Shown: piece after piece, positions 1-8,126 of the stretch
How the letters are laid out: each line of letters begins with the position of its first letter
Numbering within the stretch: the first letter of the stretch is position 1
Assembly: GCA_036507075.1 (NCBI GenBank)
Contig: DASXQR010000156.1
Location: forward strand, 1 to 21,288
Reading direction: 5' to 3'
Source: Acidobacteriota bacterium
GTDB taxonomy: Bacteria > Acidobacteriota > UBA6911 > JACQSX01
DNA: 21,288 nt
Notes under the pieces: model-generated
What the model was told of the DNA's origin: nothing
The model's database searches: none
The model's input: the letters and a program-made list of their open reading frames with translations, nothing else
Translations under genes and position numbers: made by a program

Positions 1-141
1 GGAAAGCCGCAAAAAACGCGCCTTCCCACTTTCCCACAGGCCCTACTACTGGTACGGTCTTCATTTCTTTGTTGTTAAAAACCAAAAAAAGTGTCAACGA
101 TGTTGTGAGGTCAAAGTGTCAACGATGTCCTGAGGTGTTCA
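1..141. mobile_element. Probable terminal region of an insertion sequence (IS481-like end, IS21-like not excluded); transposase lies outside the window
   Basis: AAAGTGTCAACGATGT-NN-TGAGGT occurs twice with 25-bp period (88-111, 113-136), ending in ...GTGTTCA at 141. It is preceded by a partial GGAAAG...CTTCCCACTTTCCCACAGG stem-loop tail. Repeated subterminal sites ending in CA-3' are typical of IS481/IS21 ends; the family call is by recognition only. Confidence 0.6.
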
Positions 142-184
142 TAACTAATCGTAAACCGACGAGAAACCGGACAGTAGGACTACT

Positions 185-268
185 ACTACCGACAACGGAC
201 TACCGACAACGGACTACCGACAACGGACAACGGACAACTGACCACGAACTACTGACAACGGACCACGG
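185..268. repeat. Tandem array of 12 degenerate heptamers (ACAACGG/ACTACCG/ACCACGG type)
   Basis: Read directly: ACTACCG ACAACGG ACTACCG ACAACGG ACTACCG ACAACGG ACAACGG ACAACTG ACCACGA ACTACTG ACAACGG ACCACGG. It ends 5 nt before the malQ ATG. Confidence 0.95.
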
Positions 269-273
269 CCAAC

Positions 274-1806
274 ATGATGCGACGCTGCGGAATTCTTCTC
301 CACCCTACCTGTTTCCCCTCTCCTCAAGGTATCGGGGACCTGGGGGAGAGCGCATATCGATTTATCGATTTTCTGCAAGCAGCGGGACAGAGCCTTTGGC
401 AAATCCTGCCGCTCGGCCCTCCCGGCTACGGCAACTCTCCTTACCAGTGCACATCCAGTTTTGCCGGAAACCCGATGCTGATCAACCTGCAGTCCCTGGT
501 CGAAGCAGGATGGCTGTCGGACTCCGATCTGCAGACGGCGACGCGCTTCCGCCGTGACTACGTGGACTTTGAAAGCGTTATCCCGTGCAGAGAAGGACTG
601 CTCAAGAAGGCAGCGGCATCTTTTCGCCGGAAGGCGAACAAGATAGAGCGCACTGCCTTTGAAGCCTTCTGCGCGGATAAACGCGCCTGGCTGGATTCGT
701 ATGCAAAGTTCATGGCACGAAAGGAGGCCAATGAAAACGTGGAGTGGGTTCGGTGGCGCCCCGAGGTTCAGGGTTCTGATGATGACGTCTGCACGCACAA
801 GTTCATCCAGTTTCAATTCTTCACCCAGTGGCAAAAGTTGAAAAGATACTGCCATCAGCGCGGAATCAAGATCATCGGAGATATTCCCATCTTTGTCGCT
901 CACGACAGCGCCGATGTCTGGTCCAATCCCGAATTATTCGACCTGGGCTCCGACGGCCTGCCGAACAGAGTGGCCGGTGTGCCGCCCGACTATTTCAGCG
1001 CGACCGGCCAGCTTTGGGGAAACCCTTTGTATCGATGGGATGTGCACGAGCAAACCGGTTACAGATGGTGGATTGAGCGCGTGCGATCGACTCTGGAGCT
1101 GGTAGATATCGTGCGCGTCGATCATTTCCGAGGGTTTGAGAAATACTATGAGATTCCCGCCGGCGCCAGCGATGCGGCCACGGGTCGGTGGGTGGAAGGG
1201 CCCGGCGCCAGGCTTTTCGAGGCGCTCCAGAAGGCACTGGGACACTTGCCCATCATTGCTGAAGACCTGGGCCTTATTACTCCCGAGGTCAAGGCGCTGC
1301 GCGACCGTTTTGGATTTCCCGGGATGCGGATTCTGCAATTTGCGTTCGCGAATGATTCCAGCACGGACGACTTCAAGCCTTACAACTACATCCGAAACTG
1401 TGTTGCCTACACCGGTTCTCACGACAACGACACGGTGGCGGGGTGGTTCACCGGCTCGGGAACAGGCGACAGCACCCGAACACTCGATGAGGTCCAGCAA
1501 GAAAGGGAGTTCGCGCGTCTTTACCTGAACAGCGACGGACGGGAAATTCACTGGGATTTCATTCGTACGCTCCTGGGATCCGTTGCCGAAACTGCGATCA
1601 TTCCTTTGCAGGATATCCTCGGTCTTGGCTCCGAGGCCCGCATGAATCTGCCCGCCAGCGTCGGCCGCAACTGGGCCTGGCGGTATCAGGAGGGTGATTT
1701 GAAGGCAGAGATTTCTGAAAGGCTGCGGCTGATGGTGGCAGCGTACGGAAGGGTACCGCACGGTGGGAGCGTCGGGGATGGAGGGATGGAGGGATGGAGA
1801 GATTGA
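274..1806 (+). CDS. malQ: 4-alpha-glucanotransferase (amylomaltase, GH77)
   Basis: 510 aa with GH77 motifs GILLHPT, WQILPL, SPY..SSFAGNP, IIGDIPIFV, GVPPDYFSATGQLWGNPLY, RVDHFRGF, IAEDLG, YTGSHDNDT and RMNLP....NWAWR. Confidence 0.96.
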   Translation: MMRRCGILLHPTCFPSPQGIGDLGESAYRFIDFLQAAGQSLWQILPLGPPGYGNSPYQCTSSFAGNPMLINLQSLVEAGWLSDSDLQTATRFRRDYVDFESVIPCREGLLKKAAASFRRKANKIERTAFEAFCADKRAWLDSYAKFMARKEANENVEWVRWRPEVQGSDDDVCTHKFIQFQFFTQWQKLKRYCHQRGIKIIGDIPIFVAHDSADVWSNPELFDLGSDGLPNRVAGVPPDYFSATGQLWGNPLYRWDVHEQTGYRWWIERVRSTLELVDIVRVDHFRGFEKYYEIPAGASDAATGRWVEGPGARLFEALQKALGHLPIIAEDLGLITPEVKALRDRFGFPGMRILQFAFANDSSTDDFKPYNYIRNCVAYTGSHDNDTVAGWFTGSGTGDSTRTLDEVQQEREFARLYLNSDGREIHWDFIRTLLGSVAETAIIPLQDILGLGSEARMNLPASVGRNWAWRYQEGDLKAEISERLRLMVAAYGRVPHGGSVGDGGMEGWRD

Positions 1807-1935
1807 GGGAAGGAGGGGCTGGGCGGAGTAGATGAAATACCCGCCCTCCATCCGTCAATCTCTCCATCCCTCAATCCCTCCATCCCTCAATCCCCTCCAT
1901 CTCTCCATCCCTCCATCCCTCCGTCCCTCAATCCC
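1775..1935. repeat. Inverted pair of octamer tandem arrays (GGGATGGA)n ... (TCCCTCMA)n
   Basis: About 5 units of GGGATGGA/GAGATTGA at 1775-1818 and about 11 complementary units (TCCCTCCA/TCCCTCAA/TCTCTCCA) at 1844-1935. The left arm contains the malQ stop codon. Confidence 0.92.
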
Positions 1936-1998
1936 CTTCATAACCTCTTCATTTAAATGTATCCTTGCACGTTCCCAACATTCCAAAAGGGGCCCGGA

Positions 1999-3606
1999 AT
2001 GAATCCAATAGATGGCGCGGTCATATTCCTCTATTTCGTCGTGGTGTTCGGAATCGGTTACTACTATCGCCGCAGCCAAACCGCAGCGGACTATTTTCTG
2101 GCAGGGCGCTCGGTGGGATGGGCTGCCATCGGGGCGTCGCTCTTTGCCACCAACATATCCAGCGAGCATTTCATCGGCCTTGCCGGAACGGGCGCTGCCA
2201 GCGGATTGGCGGTGGGTCACTTTGAATGGCTGGCCGTGCTGATGTGCCTGATCCTGGGATGGGTGTTTGTTCCCTTCTACCTGCGCTCGGGCGTGTTCAC
2301 CATGCCTGAATTCCTGGAACGGCGCTACGGGCCTTCGGCGCGCACTTACCTGACGGTGATTTCCATACTGGCTTACATCTTCACCAAGATTTCTGTTTCG
2401 CTCTATGCGGGCAGCTTGCTGCTGGAAAAACTGCTCGGCTGGAACTTTTACTTTTCAGCCATCGTGATGGTGCTCGCCACCGGCGTTTACACCGTCGTCG
2501 GGGGTCTCACTGCCGTCATTTACACCGAGGTGCTGCAGGCAGTGATCCTGATCGGAGGCGCCGTCATCCTTACCATCCTGGGGTTGAACGAGGCAGGAGG
2601 AATGAGCGGGTTGCGCAGTTCTCTACCGGCAGACTTTTTTCATATGATCAAACCGATGACCGATCCGAATTTTCCCTGGACGGGCATTTTCCTGGGAGCG
2701 CCGATTCTGGGGATCTGGTACTGGTGCACCGATCAGGTCATCGTGCAGCGAGTGCTGGGAGCCAGGGATGAAGCCAATGCCAAGCGCGGCACGATTCTTG
2801 CGGGCCTGCTGAAGATCCTTCCGGTATTCATCCTGGTGCTGCCCGGCCTGATCGCAAAAAAGCTTTACCCGGAAATCCGGGGCGACGAAGCTTATCCGAC
2901 GATGGTTCTCCGTCTGATGCCCGTCGGACTCGTTGGGACAATGGTGGCGGCGCTGATGGCCGCTCTGATGTCGTCGCTGTCGGCCACCTTCAACTCCAGC
3001 TCCACGCTGTTCACTTTCGACCTGTACAAGAAGTTCCGGCCGAATGCCCCCGAGCGCACGCTGGTACACGTGGGAAGATTGTGCACGGTAGCCATGGTGG
3101 CCCTCGGTATTCTGTGGGTGCCCTTTATCAAGAACATCAGCAGCGAGCTTTACATTTATCTGCAAAGCGTGCAGGCGTACATCAGCCCTCCCATTGCGGC
3201 GTGCTTTCTATTTGGGGTGCTTTGGGTCCGGGCCAACCGTTATGGAGCGGTGGCGGCGCTGGCCACCGGCTTTGTTCTGGGAGCCTCGCGCTTCCTGCTG
3301 GAGGTGCTGCACGGAGGGCAACCATTCACCAATTCATTGGTGGAATACCTGGTGACGGTGAACTTCCTGCATTATGCAGTCTTTATCTTTCTCGCTTCAT
3401 CTCTGGTACTGGTGGTCGCCAGCCTGGCGACGCAGCCGGAATCGCGAGACAAGCTCGCCGGCCTCACGTTTGCAACCGCGGATGCGTCCGGCGGTAAATC
3501 AGCTCCACGGCTTCGCAGGGAATCCAAAGGCGAACGGCGCGCCAATGTTGTTTACTCCTTGCTTTTGATAGCACTCGTCACAGGACTTTGGGTTTGGTTT
3601 CGGTAA
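1999..3606 (+). CDS. Sodium:solute symporter (SSS/SLC5, SGLT-like sugar transporter)
   Basis: 535 aa from ATG 1999, with purine-rich AAAAGGGG upstream. Many TM helices and SSS motifs DYFLAGR, ASLFATNISSEHFIGLAG, TMPEFLERRY, GGLTAVIYTE, WYWCTDQVIVQR and AALMSSLSATFNS.STLFT.D.Y. Confidence 0.93.
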   Translation: MNPIDGAVIFLYFVVVFGIGYYYRRSQTAADYFLAGRSVGWAAIGASLFATNISSEHFIGLAGTGAASGLAVGHFEWLAVLMCLILGWVFVPFYLRSGVFTMPEFLERRYGPSARTYLTVISILAYIFTKISVSLYAGSLLLEKLLGWNFYFSAIVMVLATGVYTVVGGLTAVIYTEVLQAVILIGGAVILTILGLNEAGGMSGLRSSLPADFFHMIKPMTDPNFPWTGIFLGAPILGIWYWCTDQVIVQRVLGARDEANAKRGTILAGLLKILPVFILVLPGLIAKKLYPEIRGDEAYPTMVLRLMPVGLVGTMVAALMAALMSSLSATFNSSSTLFTFDLYKKFRPNAPERTLVHVGRLCTVAMVALGILWVPFIKNISSELYIYLQSVQAYISPPIAACFLFGVLWVRANRYGAVAALATGFVLGASRFLLEVLHGGQPFTNSLVEYLVTVNFLHYAVFIFLASSLVLVVASLATQPESRDKLAGLTFATADASGGKSAPRLRRESKGERRANVVYSLLLIALVTGLWVWFR

Positions 3607-3609
3607 ATA

Positions 3610-3869
3610 GTGCGCGCATCCTGACAATTCGGGCACGCGAAGCACAGAGCCACGTCCCGCAAGGGGGTGGTGGGGACCACGTGAGTCAACTCGGTCCCAC
3701 ACATGACGTAATTTCATCGCCTAACGGTTTCGGCTGCTCCGCGTGACGGATGTCACATGGCCTCGGCGGCAGATTTAGCGTGGAACGCGCCGAACTTACA
3801 TTTTTCCACCACGCCCTTGTGGGACGTGGCTCTGTGCTTCGCGTGCAGGAGTTGTCAGGACCCGCGCAC
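3610..3869. mobile_element. MITE-like 260-bp element with 64-bp imperfect terminal inverted repeats
   Basis: 3610-3673 matches the reverse complement of 3806-3869 at 57/64 positions. It has no credible ORF and sits between convergent genes. No clear target-site duplication. Confidence 0.6.
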
Positions 3870-3892
3870 CGTTCTCGCGTGCCCGGCCTTTT

Positions 3893-6001
3893 CTAGTCCC
3901 GCCTCGGTGCCGCCGCGCGCACCTGAGTATCCAGCATGGTGTTCCACTCCGCCGGGCTCATCGTCTTCAGCTTGTCGAGTTGCCCCGCCGCCAGCACCAG
4001 TTTTCGCACTGCGGGAATGATCGCAATCTCCACTTCCGCTTTGGGCGCCTGCGCCGTCCTGAGCACTTCCAGAGCTCCAGCCTGCCATGCGGCATCAGCC
4101 TGCGTTCCCAAACCGAGACGATCCACTGCCTGCAGCCCTGTTTCCGCAGCCTCAGTCAGCGATTTTGAGACTGGAACGGCTTCCCTTCCCAGATCGGAGC
4201 TTTGCAGTACAGGCTCCAGGGTTGCATTATTTTCGCGCCACCGTGTCAGATTCTGCCTGATGGCGTCGGGTCTGGCAAACCTGGGACCGTTCTGGAGATG
4301 CGCGTCCACCTCCTTGCGAAAGAGCCGCGCTGTATCACTTTCCGGGCGCCCCGCATCTACCAGCCGGTTCAAAGGCGTCTGCTGCGTGTACTGGGTGGAA
4401 TTGTGCCGCGAGTAGTTCTTGACCGGTTCGACAACGTCGGCCAGCGTCTTGAGACTGTCGATCTGCGGGCTGCCGGCGATTCGCTGCAGCATCACCGGAT
4501 AGTTGGATCGATGCGTCAATCCCAGCAGTTCGAGGCGCGCGCCCTGGTATTCGAGACGGCGGTACATATCATCAATGTCGCGCACCTCTGCCGGCGACCA
4601 CAAACGCTCGGCGATAGCGGCTGCGCGCGGCCAGATGCGCGAATCAATTGTTTCTGTGGAAATCAATTCCGCCCACATGCAGGCTTCGCCACCCAGAATG
4701 TGCGAACTTTGCTCGGGAGCCAGACCGCTGCTGGGGGGAATCGGGTCCACAGGATAGTGATCGGAAGCCGGCAGCGCCAGATCAAGGTAATAGCCAAACG
4801 AGAGGATCCCGTCGTATCCGCGCCGTGCCGCGTCGGCCAGTGCTGTCGGTCCGCGCCACGACTGCACCACGATGTTCTGGGGAAGTTCGCGGTGCAGGAT
4901 TTCGTCCCAGCCAACCATTCTTTTTCCATGCCTGGTTAGAATCGGCAAAAGGCGCCCGGTGAAGTACGCCTGCAGATCAAGATTGCCGGCCATGCTATGT
5001 TCGCGCATAAAAGCCTGAATCCGGGCATTCTGCTTCCAGTGCTTCCCGTTGACTTCGTCCCCGCCGATGTGCAGGTACTGGTCGGGAAAGAGCGCCGCCA
5101 TTTCACCCAGAAAGCCATCCAGGAACTGATAAACTTCTTCACGAGTGGGATCAAAGCACGGGTCGAAAATTCCATACCTGCGTTCGATCGAGTATGGCCC
5201 CGGCGCGCTGGCAAACTCCGGATAAGAGACAAACCAGCTTGTGGAGTGTCCCGGCATGTCGAATTCCGGGATTACCCTTATGCCGCGGTCGCGCGCGTAC
5301 GCGATGATTTCCCGAATCTGGTCCTGGCTGTAATAATTGCCGTCCGAGCCCATCTCATGCAGCCTGGGAAATTTCTTAGACTCGACGCGGAATCCCTGGT
5401 CCTCGCTCAGATGCCAGTGCAGCACATTGAACTTGACGGCGGCCATGCCGTCCAGAGTGCGCTTGATTACATCCAGAGGCTGGAAGTGGCGGCAGGAATC
5501 AATCAGCAAGCCCCGCCATCTGAAGCGGGGCTCGTCGCGTACGTCTACCGCTGGAAGAAAAACGCGGCGTCCTTCCGTCTGTACCAGTTGCAGGAGAGTC
5601 TCCAGACCGCGAAGTATTCCAAGCGGATTCTCGGCTGTAATCTTCGCCTCGGCCGGACCGACTGCAAGAGCATAAGACTCATCCTCCGTGTATGACTGAA
5701 CGGGAAGACCGGGACTGGTCCAGGCAAGGACGATCCGGGAACGGCTGCTCCCTTTGGCTGCCGATGTTTGAATGGCAAAGGGCGCGATTTTCTTGAGCCT
5801 GTCGCGCGTGCGCTCGACCGCCTTCTGGACGCGCGGGTCGGCGGGACCGGATGTCACGATGGCCAGGTTATTGTCCAGCATCAGCCGGCCCTGGCCCCAG
5901 GTGAGTTGCTTAGGCTGCGGCATCAGGTCCGACGAGGAAGCCATGGCGGGTGTGAACTTTGTCAATAAGAGGATGAGTAGAAATGGTAGTGTGTTCTTCA
6001 T
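3893..6001 (-). CDS. Beta-N-acetylhexosaminidase (GH20), exported
   Basis: Start reassigned to ATG 6001 (MKNTLPFLLILLLTKFTPAMA signal peptide; 702 aa). GH20b N-domain (LMPQP, DESY.L), then DEPRFRWRGLLIDSCRHF, KFNVLHWHLSEDQGFR, PEFDMPGH, catalytic HIGGDEV, GGEACMWAE and WPRAAAIAERLWS. Confidence 0.95.
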   Translation of the reverse strand: MKNTLPFLLILLLTKFTPAMASSSDLMPQPKQLTWGQGRLMLDNNLAIVTSGPADPRVQKAVERTRDRLKKIAPFAIQTSAAKGSSRSRIVLAWTSPGLPVQSYTEDESYALAVGPAEAKITAENPLGILRGLETLLQLVQTEGRRVFLPAVDVRDEPRFRWRGLLIDSCRHFQPLDVIKRTLDGMAAVKFNVLHWHLSEDQGFRVESKKFPRLHEMGSDGNYYSQDQIREIIAYARDRGIRVIPEFDMPGHSTSWFVSYPEFASAPGPYSIERRYGIFDPCFDPTREEVYQFLDGFLGEMAALFPDQYLHIGGDEVNGKHWKQNARIQAFMREHSMAGNLDLQAYFTGRLLPILTRHGKRMVGWDEILHRELPQNIVVQSWRGPTALADAARRGYDGILSFGYYLDLALPASDHYPVDPIPPSSGLAPEQSSHILGGEACMWAELISTETIDSRIWPRAAAIAERLWSPAEVRDIDDMYRRLEYQGARLELLGLTHRSNYPVMLQRIAGSPQIDSLKTLADVVEPVKNYSRHNSTQYTQQTPLNRLVDAGRPESDTARLFRKEVDAHLQNGPRFARPDAIRQNLTRWRENNATLEPVLQSSDLGREAVPVSKSLTEAAETGLQAVDRLGLGTQADAAWQAGALEVLRTAQAPKAEVEIAIIPAVRKLVLAAGQLDKLKTMSPAEWNTMLDTQVRAAAPRRD

Positions 6002-6013
6002 AGGTTTTTGTTT

Positions 6014-6069
6014 CACCACAAAGGCACAAAAGACACGAAGACCTTCGTGTTCTTTGTGTCTTTGTGGTG
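6014..6069. repeat. CACAAAGG-unit palindrome, copy 1
   Basis: CACCACAAAGGCACAAAAGACACGAAG-AC-CTTCGTGTTCTTTGTGTCTTTGTGGTG, which fills most of the gap between two co-oriented genes. Confidence 0.93.
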
Positions 6070-6072
6070 GAT

Positions 6073-7815
6073 TTATTTGTTTTTCATCGAAACGACGCCG
6101 CTGCCCTCCTTGACCACGACAAAAGTGTTTGCCGGGATTTTCGACAGCGTCTCCTTCTTCCCATCCGGCCACCGGATTTCGACGGAATCCACGGTGGTCC
6201 GTTTCTCCAGCCCAAAATGCAGGCGGTAATCGTTCTGTGAAATATAACTGCCGCCGCTGCGGTTTTCGTCAATTTGAACCAGATCACCGGCCGTAACCTT
6301 TACCCGCGCGCCGAACGCGTTCCGGTTGCCGGCTCCCGTTCCGATCAGGCGCAGGCTGATGAAGTTGCCGCTGTTGCCGCCGTCGTTTCGCAGGACCACG
6401 GGAGCGCCGTCGAGATTATTTACCACCACATCGACGTCGCCGTCGTTGTCCAGGTCTCCAAACGCGGCGCCGCGGCTGACGGCCGGCTCCATCAAAGCGG
6501 ATCCGAGTTGCGCCGCGATCTCCGAGAATGTTCCGTTCCGGTTGTTCTTGTAAAAGAGTTTTCGCTGCCGGTAAGTGGTTCCCAGCTTCGCATTTTCCAT
6601 TTGCGGGTAGACGTGACCGTTGACGACCATCAGATCGAGCCAGCCGTCATTGTCATAGTCGAAGAATCTCGTTCCCCAACCGACAAACGGGAAGCTGGAC
6701 TGGCCCGTCTGCGACGCAAATGAAACATCCGTGAACAGAAAATCGCTTTCTTGATGATAGAGCGCGTTGTATTCGTCCGAAAAGTTTGTCACGAAGATGT
6801 GCCAGCGGCCCCGGTGATCATAATCGCCGATGGTAACCCCCATGCTCCCCTGCTCGGCTCCGTCTTCGCTCACAGCCGCGCCCGACAAAAACCCCACCTC
6901 GGTGAACGTGCCGTTCCCGTTGTTTTTGTAAAGATAGTTGGGCCGGGAATCATTGGCCACGTAGAAATCCTCCAGGCCGTCGCCGTTGAAATCGCACCAG
7001 GCAACACCCAGCCCGTAATGACCCGGCGGATCTGAGACGCCGGCTGCCTTTGATACCTCTGTAAATGTTCCGTCGCGGTTGTTGTGGTAGAGCGCGTCGC
7101 CGGCGCCGGGCAAGCCGCGCGGACCGCACTGCACGGCGACTCCGCGGTACTGGCACATTTTGCCTTTGCCGAATTCGGGCAGGTTATCCAGCTTGAAATC
7201 CACATAGTTGGCAACGAACAAGTCAAGCCATCCGTCGTTGTCGTAATCGGCAAAAGCCGCGCCCGTCGACCAGCGATTGTCACCCGTCATCGACTTGCCT
7301 GTTACATCGCTGAACGTTCCATTGCCATTGTTTCTGTAGAGGCGGTTCGGGCCGAGGCAGGTGACATAGACATCCTCCCAGCCGTCATTGTCGAAATCAC
7401 CGGTGCACACACCCATTCCCCAGCCCGGATAACCAAGCCCGGATTTGTCGGTAACATCGCTAAAAGTGCCGTCGCCGTTGTTGTGCCATAACTCGCTGCG
7501 CGAGCTTTTGGGCGACGAGGCCGTAGCTACGGTAAGCGAGTTCACAAGGTAAATATCGAGCAGCCCGTCGTTGTCATAGTCAAAAAGCGCCACACCGCCG
7601 CTCATCGATTCAACGATGTATTTTTTCTCCGGCGCCGAGTTGTGTTTGAAAGTGATCCGGCTCTGGGCCGTGACATCGTTGAACCGGATCTGTCCGTCCG
7701 CGCGGCTCTTTGCCGCATAAGAGCTGAAAAAACTGATCCCGATGCTGATTAGAAGACCCAAACGGACGACCGTCCGCGCGGCTGGACATCCAAGCGTTTG
7801 GAAATGTGGATTCAA
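6073..7815 (-). CDS. CRTAC1-family protein (FG-GAP-like repeats plus C-terminal ASPIC/UnbV domain), exported
   Basis: Repeated D.DNDG..D motifs ([45 protein letters not shown]) and LY.NNG.GTF.DV repeats. C-terminal GARVKV...GGSYISQ...LHFGL...VEIRWP.G. Hydrophobic N-terminus. Start (TTG 7815) uncertain. Confidence 0.9.
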   Translation of the reverse strand: MNPHFQTLGCPAARTVVRLGLLISIGISFFSSYAAKSRADGQIRFNDVTAQSRITFKHNSAPEKKYIVESMSGGVALFDYDNDGLLDIYLVNSLTVATASSPKSSRSELWHNNGDGTFSDVTDKSGLGYPGWGMGVCTGDFDNDGWEDVYVTCLGPNRLYRNNGNGTFSDVTGKSMTGDNRWSTGAAFADYDNDGWLDLFVANYVDFKLDNLPEFGKGKMCQYRGVAVQCGPRGLPGAGDALYHNNRDGTFTEVSKAAGVSDPPGHYGLGVAWCDFNGDGLEDFYVANDSRPNYLYKNNGNGTFTEVGFLSGAAVSEDGAEQGSMGVTIGDYDHRGRWHIFVTNFSDEYNALYHQESDFLFTDVSFASQTGQSSFPFVGWGTRFFDYDNDGWLDLMVVNGHVYPQMENAKLGTTYRQRKLFYKNNRNGTFSEIAAQLGSALMEPAVSRGAAFGDLDNDGDVDVVVNNLDGAPVVLRNDGGNSGNFISLRLIGTGAGNRNAFGARVKVTAGDLVQIDENRSGGSYISQNDYRLHFGLEKRTTVDSVEIRWPDGKKETLSKIPANTFVVVKEGSGVVSMKNK

Positions 7816-7843
7816 AACGAAACTTCCTTATCGCAATTCGTAG

Positions 7844-7852
7844 AGTATAGCA
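7844..7852 (-). promoter_or_regulatory. Putative extended -10 promoter (TGCTATACT) for the CRTAC1-GH20 genes
   Basis: Minus-strand TG-C-TATACT about 30 nt upstream of the CRTAC1 start. Motif match only. Confidence 0.4.
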
Positions 7853-7889
7853 GTGTCCAGGCCTTTCCAAACACGACACGGCCGACCTG

Positions 7890-8066
7890 AAGCCCGCCGC
7901 CTTTCTTTTGGGCGGGCGACAGCAGTCGATGCTTGGGAAAAAGGGAGCGGACACGGATTAAGCGAATTACCCGTGCCGGCGGCTGTCGCCCGCCCTGAAA
8001 AAGCGGGCGGGCTTAATCTGATGAGAGGGCCACAATTCCCACGGCTGCGCTTCGCTCCGCCGTGGG
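7890..8066. repeat. REP/REPIN-like cluster: two inverted hairpin-forming units plus a third hairpin
   Basis: AAGCCCGCC-N12-GGCGGGCGACAGC (7890-7923) is mirrored by GCTGTCGCCCGCC-N11-GGCGGGCTT (7982-8014). Third hairpin CCCACGGC...GCCGTGGG at 8038-8066. Confidence 0.75.
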
Positions 8067-8126
8067 CAATCGGAATTCGACAACAGACCGACGCCGGCTA
8101 TAGTATCTTTTATTTGGGGACCTCGC

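Noticed and set aside
88..268. Possible CRISPR array from the direct repeats at the window start
   Set aside because: Only two 25-bp-period copies with no spacers, then contiguous heptamers. There is no repeat-spacer structure and no cas gene.
69..557. 162-aa ORF with TTDNGQR-like repeats
   Set aside because: It is a translation of the IS end and heptamer array, and overlaps malQ out of frame.
3757..4020. Small ORFs over palindromic elements (3757-4020; also 7853-8266 and 15055-15315)
   Set aside because: They lie across repeats or overlap real genes, and have no RBS or transposase-like motifs.
6002..6172. 57-aa N-terminal extension of the GH20 ORF
   Set aside because: It overlaps the CRTAC1 3' end and runs through palindrome copy 1. 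A clean signal peptide begins at ATG 6001.
6073..7815. Enediyne biosynthesis (UnbV) assignment
   Set aside because: The ASPIC/UnbV domain is widespread in CRTAC1-like proteins, and no PKS or other biosynthetic genes are present.
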